A stretch of DNA of 63,971 nt, counting the filler, from an uncultured Methanosarcinales archaeon (GTDB lineage: Archaea > Nanobdellota > Nanobdellia > Woesearchaeales > CAZKBD01), in NCBI GenBank assembly GCA_964550945.1. It is 5 parts of 5 records of this genome, joined end to end, with 100 filler letters (N's around TTAATTAATTAA, not from the genome) between each part and the next. Parts side by side here need not be neighbours in the genome. Positions count along the whole stretch, not along the records: positions 16,835 to 31,964 come from CAZKBD010000039.1; positions 32,065 to 47,117 come from CAZKBD010000040.1; 3 more parts are not named here. One strand, 5' to 3'. Of the stretch, positions 29,526 to 36,993 are shown one piece after another; position 1 is the first letter of the stretch, and every line of letters starts with the position of its first letter. A model generated the notes under the pieces. The model saw only the letters and a list, made by a program, of their open reading frames with translations, did no database searches and was not told the origin of the DNA. The position numbers were made by a program, and so were the translations under genes.

Positions 29526-29780
29526 TTATGCAGCCCAATACTCTTCATGGTCATCATAACGAGCTGTTTCATGATATTTTATTTTTGTTTCACGCCAGTC
29601 ATTGTATTCTGTCCAACGAGTTTTGCTCCAGTCGTCATATTTAAATCGAAAACCACCCGAAGATGTCCTTTGTATAACTCTCTTAAGATGAGGATTCTGT
29701 ACTGTTGCTGGGACTACAAAAACACCCATAAATTCTACCATTCTTTCTAAATCTTGATTTGACTGTTCTTTTTTGTTCAT
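29526..29780 (-). CDS. Candidate RiPP precursor peptide (84 aa)
   Basis: ATG one base after rSAM stop, GGTG SD; leader ending SSGG; core with repeated aromatic-x-D/E motifs. Confidence 0.75.
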   Translation of the reverse strand: MNKKEQSNQDLERMVEFMGVFVVPATVQNPHLKRVIQRTSSGGFRFKYDDWSKTRWTEYNDWRETKIKYHETARYDDHEEYWAA

Positions 29781-29781
29781 T

Positions 29782-30906
29782 TCATTTTGCACCAAGTTCT
29801 TGTCTCATCCTTTGCTCGATATGACTAAACATTACCCTATAGGCTGAACAAAATCCGTCTTTCTGTAATGCATCTCCAGTAAATAAGTAAGCATTATCAG
29901 GACAACCAGAATTACAAATAGGTCTGAAGTCACATGGTTCACAGCTTTGCACAGATTCCTCATGCCTTTGTAAGAGCAACTTACGCGGTCTGCTTGCCAG
30001 TATATCATCCATGGAATCAGTATTGATATTACCCATATGGAATTGTGGATTTCCGGCTGATCTTCCACACGGATAGACATTGCCCCCCGGGACTACGGAT
30101 ATATAAGAATTTGCGCAATTATTCTTGAAAATACAGCTATAGGGATAATCAACTTTAGTTTCTGTATTCCTATAGGCTCCAATATTTCCCATTATATCTA
30201 CAAATGGTTGAATCTCTATTACCGGTTGGGTATAATCATCAAACCACAAATCAAATAGTCGAATCATAGCTTGTCCTAACTGCTTGTTTGTTAATTGTAA
30301 TCCATGAGCATCAAGTGCTCTCCCAGAAGGTATTTGAAAATTTATTTTTGGATGAATTTTATTTTTTTTAAAAAACCAATATATTTCTTCTATATTGGGT
30401 GAAGTATTTGCATTCAAAACACAAATAACACCCCCACCCAACCCCCTTCTCCTCACTTCTAAAACTGATGCAAAAACATCACTAAACGATGGACATCCAT
30501 CTTGATAAGGTCGGGTGGCATCATGAGTTCTTCTATTACCATCTAAACTTAGTCCCACATTAAAATGATATTGTTCAAAAAAATCTAGATATCCTTCTGT
30601 TAGTAAAGTCCCATTTGTCTGGATGTCATTACTAAAAATATGCCCGTCTATGCTTCCTTGAACATCAATTGCCTCTCGATAAAAATCAATTCCCATAAGC
30701 AATGGCTCTCCGCCATGCCAGATGAAGGTTGTATGACCCTCTCCCCTGTTTTGTTTAGCAATCTTAAGAATCATATTCCTCGTTGTCTCTGAATCCATTC
30801 TGCCTTTTTCTGCATTTGGGTCTGTGTAACAATACAAGCAACCCAAATTACAGTCATGAGTAGTTTTTACAATGGCTGTTAAGCCAGTCCCACTATTTGC
30901 TGTCAT
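29782..30906 (-). CDS. Radical SAM/SPASM peptide maturase (anSME-like)
   Basis: CNLGCLYC, WHGGEPLL, QTNG, SLDG; SPASM cysteines C-x5-C..YPC..CEPC..ICNSGCP..FC. Confidence 0.92.
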   Translation of the reverse strand: MTANSGTGLTAIVKTTHDCNLGCLYCYTDPNAEKGRMDSETTRNMILKIAKQNRGEGHTTFIWHGGEPLLMGIDFYREAIDVQGSIDGHIFSNDIQTNGTLLTEGYLDFFEQYHFNVGLSLDGNRRTHDATRPYQDGCPSFSDVFASVLEVRRRGLGGGVICVLNANTSPNIEEIYWFFKKNKIHPKINFQIPSGRALDAHGLQLTNKQLGQAMIRLFDLWFDDYTQPVIEIQPFVDIMGNIGAYRNTETKVDYPYSCIFKNNCANSYISVVPGGNVYPCGRSAGNPQFHMGNINTDSMDDILASRPRKLLLQRHEESVQSCEPCDFRPICNSGCPDNAYLFTGDALQKDGFCSAYRVMFSHIEQRMRQELGAK

Positions 30907-30949
30907 AAGGAGCGTAACTACTTTAAAGTTTATAAATTTTTTGGCTAAA

Positions 30950-31961
30950 TAGTTACGGACATAAATAACGCATAAAATTTTGCATAAAAATATGTTCTGA
31001 CCAAAACGATTCTAACGCCCTTTGCATATCATCAATACTCTCAAAATATTGTGATTTTGTTACTTTGTTTTTTGTGACTTTCCAGCACGTTTCAATAGGG
31101 TTCAACTCAGGAGAATAAGGCGGTAAGAATTCAACATTTATATTTCGATATTCTTCAAGCAGCTTTTTGATACATTGAGTTTTGTGGTATCCTACATTAT
31201 CAAGAACCAAAACATACTTTTTTCTTTTACTAAGCATGTCAAACAAATTTCGAAGAAAATGCTTAAATGTAAGACTATTTTGCGAATCATAAAAATCATA
31301 GAAGAACTTGTGTTTGCTAGTTAGAGCCCCAAATGTAGTTAATTTTTTTGAGCTCCAAAAGAATGCCCCTCGTGGAGTTTCTCCACGAGGAAACCCTATC
31401 TTTTTGTATGTAGTTGTTAGTTGGAATCTTGCTTCATCAACAGCTATGATTTCATGACCCAAATACTCCGTATCGATTTTTTTTTAAATTCCTTGCGAAA
31501 TAGTTTTACTTTGGCAGGATCGTTCTTGATATGTTTTGTTCTGGGAATTATCCTTGAAAAATCAAGCTTATGCAGTATTCTCTGAATGTGTCTTGTAGAA
31601 TAATCTTTCTTTGTGGCATCTTGAATCAAATCGGAAAACTGTTTCGTATCGATAGAGCAAAAGTGCTCATTTGCGTCTTTTACTTTCTTGGTTAACTCCC
31701 GCTTAAGCTTGTTAAGAGTATTTTTTGTTAGTGGCGTTGGTCTTCCACTTCTAGGTTTGTTAAGAACGCTACCTGTCTTTTCATACTTTTCAATCAATCT
31801 GCTTATAGATGATTGATTGCAGCCGATCAGCGCTGCAATTTGCTGTTGTTTTTTGCCTTCTTTTTTCCATTTAAGGATTAGTTCTCTAGTTTGTAGGTTT
31901 ATCATACCTACAATAAAACATAACTTATATATAAATTATGCGTTACTTTTGTCTTATACTA
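30950..31961 (-). mobile_element. IS630-family insertion sequence
   Basis: Imperfect 26-bp terminal inverted repeats (20/26) starting with TA at both ends; encodes HTH and DDE ORFs. Confidence 0.88.
30953..31905 (-). CDS. IS630 transposase (two ORFs joined by a likely -1 frameshift)
   Basis: ORF A HTH with RSGRP; ORF B VDEARF, LDNVGYH, LPPYSPELNPIE; TTTAAAAAAAAA slippery run (T9 at 31477-31485 on +). Confidence 0.88.
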
Positions 31962-31964
31962 AAA

Positions 31965-32064
31965 NNNNNNNNNNNNNNNNNNNNNNNNNNNNNNNNNNNN
32001 NNNNNNNNTTAATTAATTAANNNNNNNNNNNNNNNNNNNNNNNNNNNNNNNNNNNNNNNNNNNN
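31965..32064. other. Artificial contig spacer
   Basis: N44-TTAATTAATTAA-N44. Confidence 0.98.
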
Positions 32065-32160
32065 AATTTAAAGAAAATACTTAATGAACAGGTTTTTGTA
32101 AAAAACGCAAAAGTCTAACTACCATAAGATTTAAATATATCTTTTTCTTAGCTCCATACC

Positions 32161-32292
32161 ATGCAAGATATACCAAATTGCTGCAGGGAATGCCTCCACT
32201 GGGAAAAATTCGGCAGAGAATGCTGGGTCTATTGGGAGGCAAAAAAAGAATGCACTATGCACACTTCTAAATGGGGCAGCCAAATCTTATAA
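32161..32292 (+). CDS. Small Cys/Trp-rich protein (43 aa)
   Basis: MQDIPNCCRECLHWEKFGRECWVYWEAKKECTMH..; TTTAAATA box about 25-30 nt upstream; absent from ORF track. Confidence 0.6.
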   Translation: MQDIPNCCRECLHWEKFGRECWVYWEAKKECTMHTSKWGSQIL

Positions 32293-32309
32293 CAATGTAG
32301 AATTCTAAG

Positions 32310-32333
32310 CCATTAGCACTGGACATTCACGCG
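32310..32333 (+). repeat. 24-bp direct repeat copy A (CCATTAGCACTGGACATTCACGCG)
   Basis: Identical to 34832..34855. Confidence 0.85.
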
Positions 32334-32483
32334 TAGCCTATTTAAATAACCTCTTTCTCTCAATTTTTGTTTTCATCAGCGTTTTACATCACTCAAGATA
32401 ATGTTCAACTATCAAATTATGATTTTTGTTATTACACAAAATCATTTACATAGTTTCACTAAAACTAAGGTTGGTGATGTAAA

Positions 32484-33338
32484 ATGTCTAAAAAATCAAA
32501 GATTTTTGAGAACTTAGAAAATTCAAAGAATTTTCAAAGTAATCCAACAAAAATTATCGAAATTTCAGAAATTGCAGGGCTTTTTGCAGCAGATGGCTCA
32601 ATGCAAAGGGGGCACATATGTTTTTGGGGCAATCCCAAATCAGATAAGGAGTATTACGATAACCATTTGAAGAAATTATTTCTGAAAGCATTCAATTTTG
32701 TGATTAACCCACACGAAAAACCAAGCAATTCTGTTTATGGGTTTTATGTCTGTGATAAAACAATTATTAATTTTTTTAATGAAGTTCTTGAATACCCCTT
32801 TGGGAACAAGACGTATACTTTAAGAGTTCCAAATATTATTTATCAAAATAAAAATAAGGAGGTTATTAGATCTTTTGTGAGAGGTTTCTTTTCAGGAGAC
32901 GGTTGTTTGAACTTTGATAAGAGATACGCCAACGACCAAAAAATCTTGAAAATTATCCATACCTACCCCAGAATTCAACTAAAATGCGTTTCAAAATTAT
33001 TAATCTACCAGCTTGCAGAGATGGTAAACCGACTAAATATTAAAAATTTTGTATCAACACAACATAGCCACAAGGAAAACGAGGTTGATAGTTATACTTT
33101 ACAAATAAGTGGAAAAATCATGCTTGATAAATGGGTGAAAGAAATAGGGTTTCCTAACGCAAATCATTCATCAAGATACGAAATCTTTAAAAAGCAGGGT
33201 TTCGTTCCACCTAATACGACCTACAATCAAAGAAAAGACATATTGGAAGGCAGGATAGATCCGTGGTCTTTCTATCCAAAATGGGCCTGTAGCATAGCCT
33301 GGATAACGCGACAGCCTTCTATGCATATGCAGAGATAG
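32484..33338 (+). CDS. Free-standing two-motif LAGLIDADG endonuclease-like protein
   Basis: EIAGLFAADGS and FVRGFFSGDGC motifs; GGTGA SD; no intein splicing motifs. Confidence 0.85.
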   Translation: MSKKSKIFENLENSKNFQSNPTKIIEISEIAGLFAADGSMQRGHICFWGNPKSDKEYYDNHLKKLFLKAFNFVINPHEKPSNSVYGFYVCDKTIINFFNEVLEYPFGNKTYTLRVPNIIYQNKNKEVIRSFVRGFFSGDGCLNFDKRYANDQKILKIIHTYPRIQLKCVSKLLIYQLAEMVNRLNIKNFVSTQHSHKENEVDSYTLQISGKIMLDKWVKEIGFPNANHSSRYEIFKKQGFVPPNTTYNQRKDILEGRIDPWSFYPKWACSIAWITRQPSMHMQR

Positions 33339-33372
33339 CTGTAGATCGAGGGTTCAAATCCCTTCAGGCCCG
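33283..33372 (+). tRNA. tRNA-Arg(TCT) with 15-nt intron (33322-33336)
   Basis: GGGCCTG/CAGGCCC acceptor, ACAGC/GCTGT anticodon stem with CT-TCT-A|A loop, GAGGG-TTCAAAT-CCCTT T arm. Confidence 0.92.
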
Positions 33373-33422
33373 TTCATACTATTAAGCAAAGCGAAATAAT
33401 CTACTAAAAGGAGGATGTAAAA

Positions 33423-34058
33423 ATGAAAAAAATAGCATACCTTAGCGTAATAGCCATGATTTTGTTTTCTATGTCTGTGTTTGCCCTAACAAGAGGGGTG
33501 AGTATAATAAACTGGCAATATGAGCCTTCTAACCTGACGATTGGAACAGGCATGACAGTTATATGGACTAATAATGAAGATAGCTCAACACACAGAGTAA
33601 ACATCAGAGAGATTTCAAAATCATCTCAGCTGATGTACCCGGGCGATTCGTTTAATTTCACTTTTGATGATGCTGGAACATATTCTTTTTATGATGCCGC
33701 AAGCCCTGTGAGATTAAAAGGCTCTATAAATGTTATACTTAAAGAAGAATACACTTATTGTGGTGACGGGATATGCAATGAAGACAAAGAAATCTGCTGC
33801 AAAGATTGCGGATGTGACGCTGAATATTACTGTTTTAATAATGTTTGCGTTAAAAATGAGACTACCCGGACCAAAGAACCAGAGATAACTGGGCAGGTTA
33901 CTAAAGAGACTACTGAAGAACCCAAAGAAGAGATTATTGAAGAGCCTATTGAAGAGATTAAGCCGACAAATTATACTCCATTGATATTCGGCTCGATTAT
34001 AGTAATTGCGGTGCTTTTTATATTTGTATTGGTAAGGAAGATTGCTAAAAATGAGTAA
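33423..34058 (+). CDS. Membrane-anchored cupredoxin-fold surface protein with Cys-rich module
   Basis: Signal peptide; P.NLTI..G.TVIWTN..H, PGDSFNFTF..AGTY; CGDGIC module; C-terminal TM. Confidence 0.75.
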   Translation: MKKIAYLSVIAMILFSMSVFALTRGVSIINWQYEPSNLTIGTGMTVIWTNNEDSSTHRVNIREISKSSQLMYPGDSFNFTFDDAGTYSFYDAASPVRLKGSINVILKEEYTYCGDGICNEDKEICCKDCGCDAEYYCFNNVCVKNETTRTKEPEITGQVTKETTEEPKEEIIEEPIEEIKPTNYTPLIFGSIIVIAVLFIFVLVRKIAKNE

Positions 34059-34830
34059 GCTATTGATAAGGAAGGCAAAGAAAGAATTTTTGAAAGATTT
34101 AGGCAAAGAAATAACAATTTCAAAGCCAAAAACATATTATATTAAAGATATAACCCAAGACTTCCATAGTGCAGATGGTGTTGTGGCAAAAAAAGACCTT
34201 AAGAAAAAAGATGGCTCTAAAGTGCAAACCAACACAAATAAAGAATTTAATATTTTAACTGCTTATTTTATTGATGACTATAAACGAATTGAAAGAGGGG
34301 CTCAAATAATATCTTTAAAGGATATTGGAGTGATAATATCATATACGGGCATAAACAAGACCAGCAGAGCAGCAGATGCTGGCTCTGGATCAGGCGCTTT
34401 AGCTTGTTTTTTGGCTAATATATGCAAAGAGGTCACAAGTTATGAAATTAGGGATGATTTTTATACAATTGCAAAAAACAACAAGGAAAAATTAGGATTA
34501 AAAAATCTTAAAATTAAAAAGAAAAATGTCTTCGATGGGATAGATGAAGATGAATTGGATCTGATAACCTTAGACCTACCGGATCCATGGAATGCGCTTG
34601 GAACTGTTGAGAAATCATTAAAAATCGGAGGTTTTTTAGTTTCTTATTCGCCAACCATACCTCAAGTTATGGATTTTATCAATATAATAAATAAAAAAGA
34701 AAGATTCATACACCTAAAAACAATCGAGCTTATACAAAGAGAATGGGAGATTGATCAGAGGAAAGTAAGGCCAATGACCACCCAAACAGTGCATACAGGA
34801 TTTCTGAGTTTTGTTAGGAAGATTAGCTAA
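34051..34830 (+). CDS. trmI: tRNA (adenine-N1) methyltransferase TrmI/GCD14 family
   Basis: RGAQII..KD, DAGSGSGAL, LDLPDPW, RP...HTGFL. Confidence 0.9.
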   Translation: MSKLLIRKAKKEFLKDLGKEITISKPKTYYIKDITQDFHSADGVVAKKDLKKKDGSKVQTNTNKEFNILTAYFIDDYKRIERGAQIISLKDIGVIISYTGINKTSRAADAGSGSGALACFLANICKEVTSYEIRDDFYTIAKNNKEKLGLKNLKIKKKNVFDGIDEDELDLITLDLPDPWNALGTVEKSLKIGGFLVSYSPTIPQVMDFINIINKKERFIHLKTIELIQREWEIDQRKVRPMTTQTVHTGFLSFVRKIS

Positions 34831-34831
34831 C

Positions 34832-34855
34832 CCATTAGCACTGGACATTCACGCG
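34832..34855 (+). repeat. 24-bp direct repeat copy B
   Basis: Identical to 32310..32333. Confidence 0.85.
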
Positions 34856-34896
34856 CATAAGGTTTATAAACATATATGCCTTCTTGTTGTACAAAA

Positions 34897-35742
34897 ATGA
34901 ATGAAGTTCATAAAGGATTAGTGGTCTTTCAGGACAAGAAAATAAGGAGGATTTGGCTTAGTAATCAATGGTATTTCTCAGTAATTGATATTGTCTACAC
35001 TCTAACAGAAAGCGTTGATGCAAAGGATTATTGGTATAGATTAAAACAAAGAGAGGTGGAATCAAGCGGAATTGAACTATCGACATTCTGTCGACAGTTG
35101 AAATTGCCTGCAGAAGATAATAAACTAAGACTAACTGATTGTGCAAATACAGAATCAATATTTAGGTTAATCCAATCAATTCCATCAAAAAAAGCAGAAC
35201 CATTCAAATTATGGCTGGCAAAAGTAGGTTATGAGCGAATCCAGGAAATAGAAAATCCAGAGCTTGCTCAAGAGCGGATGAAGCAAATCTATGAGCAAAA
35301 AGGCTATTCTAAAGATTGGATTGACAAAAGGTTAAGGGGCATAGCGATAAGGCAAGAATTAACAGACGAATGGAAAGGCAGGGGAGTTGATGAAAAACTG
35401 GAATATGCAATTCTTACAAATGAAATAAGCAAAGCTGCATTTGGAAAAACCGTTGAAGAATACAAGCACTTTAAAGGACTAAAAAAGGAAAATCTAAGAG
35501 ACCATATGAATGATTTGGAGCTAATATTTACAATGCTTGGAGAAAAGGTAACAACAGAAATAACAAAAGCCAAAGACGCAAGATATTTTCCTGAATGCAA
35601 GAATGCAGCAAAAGAAGGCGGAGAGGTAGCAGGAAATGCCAGAGAAGACGCAGAAAGAAGAATAGGAAAACCAGTAGTTTCAAAACAAAACTATCTTAAA
35701 GAACCTGAGAAAAGGAAAAAAATAGGGCATAAATTAATTTAA
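34897..35742 (+). CDS. Bro-N domain protein (antirepressor-like)
   Basis: IRRIW..WYFSVIDIV, RLIQSIPSKKAEPFKLWLA, ENLRDHM; start reassigned to ATG 34897. Confidence 0.85.
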   Translation: MNEVHKGLVVFQDKKIRRIWLSNQWYFSVIDIVYTLTESVDAKDYWYRLKQREVESSGIELSTFCRQLKLPAEDNKLRLTDCANTESIFRLIQSIPSKKAEPFKLWLAKVGYERIQEIENPELAQERMKQIYEQKGYSKDWIDKRLRGIAIRQELTDEWKGRGVDEKLEYAILTNEISKAAFGKTVEEYKHFKGLKKENLRDHMNDLELIFTMLGEKVTTEITKAKDARYFPECKNAAKEGGEVAGNAREDAERRIGKPVVSKQNYLKEPEKRKKIGHKLI

Positions 35743-35745
35743 ACA

Positions 35746-35894
35746 ACAGAATCCCACCAATCAATTGAAAACTGCAGGTTTTCAATTTGCTCAGAAATTT
35801 GCTACGCAAATTTCAGACATGCGATTGGCGGTCAAGTGGAATTCTGTGTGCTCAAGAACTGCACGCTGTGGATGTCAGTCCGCAGTTCTTGACA
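35746..35894. repeat. Nested REP-like palindromic elements
   Basis: TGCTCAGAAATTTGC-TAC-GCAAATTTCAGACA 35788-35819; TGCTCAAGAACTGC..GCAGTTCTTGACA 35849-35894; further stems 35763-35787 and 35746/35847. Confidence 0.6.
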
Positions 35895-35997
35895 AAAAGA
35901 TAACTATTACCTATTTTCGTCAATGATGTGGGACCAAAATCAAGTTCTTATCTTGTTTTGCCATAAACCTTTTTAAATTAATACTCATTCTCCTCAT

Positions 35998-36993
35998 TTG
36001 GTGTTATATCTGAAACCAACCACACTAAAACAGAGAAGAGTAACCAGCCCATTTATGAAGGAAGCTGAAGAATATGGCTCAAGCTTTACAAGGGGCACTA
36101 GAGTTTACATTGACAATAGTGAATTAGGCAAAGTTGCCCTATTTTTCCTTTCTGGTTGCGCTAGTGTTGATGAAGAAGGCAAGATTTTTGGCAGAACAAT
36201 CGAGCAGCAAACAGACAGGATGCACCAAAATGCGTCAAGCCTATTTTCAAACGCGCTAATGACATTTGAAGACATAGTCCATTCTGCTTTCTATTCACAA
36301 CCAATTTTATTTAATTCGGCAAATCAATTAGTAGCAGAACAACATCCTGAAATGGACTACTCTGGAATATGGTACCAAGGAGCAATATGCAGGCCAAAAT
36401 GGAAAATTGAGACAGACTCATTGGCTGTAGATGGCAATCTAGATAACCCCTTATTAAAGCGAGTCATAGAATTATATTCACAATACCACCGGCAAACTAT
36501 GACTGGCGAGCCGGCAGAGCTAAGATCAGATAAACTGCAAGCAGGAGATTTGACATTCTTATTTGTTTATAATTTCGCTGAAACAAGCAAAATATCAAAA
36601 GATGAGATTCCATTAAAAGAATACAAGCGATTAATTAGGAGTACTTATAGAGAGATTACACAAACACTAGCCCAAGAAAACGCATCATGGTTAGATGTTG
36701 TAAACACAAGGATAAGCATGCCCTCGATGTTAAACATTCCCCCTGGAATAAGAAGTGAGGATTATCCTAATCTTGTATCCCAACCAGATTACTATACTAT
36801 TGGTTTTAATCCTGTGAGAACAAATAATGTTTTCATCCCAGCAGGCGTAGGCCAAACCCCTGAAAATCCGCTTCCATCTAGCACAGGCGTTGGAGTCCAT
36901 TCCTATAGAAGCGAATTAGGAGTTTGGGTTCCTGTACGAGACAGCCTAGTATTTTCAATAAGCGCCTTAGCAATCTTTCAGAATCCTAGATAG
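35998..36993 (+). CDS. Tandem RidA/YjgF-fold protein
   Basis: SFTRG, FLSGCASVD..G, EQQT..N..L..FEDIV, ICRPKWKIETDSLA; second unit ASWLDVV..R..PSSTGVGV. Confidence 0.55.
   Translation: MVLYLKPTTLKQRRVTSPFMKEAEEYGSSFTRGTRVYIDNSELGKVALFFLSGCASVDEEGKIFGRTIEQQTDRMHQNASSLFSNALMTFEDIVHSAFYSQPILFNSANQLVAEQHPEMDYSGIWYQGAICRPKWKIETDSLAVDGNLDNPLLKRVIELYSQYHRQTMTGEPAELRSDKLQAGDLTFLFVYNFAETSKISKDEIPLKEYKRLIRSTYREITQTLAQENASWLDVVNTRISMPSMLNIPPGIRSEDYPNLVSQPDYYTIGFNPVRTNNVFIPAGVGQTPENPLPSSTGVGVHSYRSELGVWVPVRDSLVFSISALAIFQNPR

Noticed and set aside
29228..29780. Precursor and decayed copy as a DGR template/variable repeat pair
   Set aside because: Mismatches are not adenine-specific, there is an indel, and no reverse transcriptase is present
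34897..35742. Bro-N gene and tail-fibre-like gene as signs of a provirus
   Set aside because: No capsid, terminase, portal or integrase genes; the neighbours are housekeeping genes and the two genes are on different contigs
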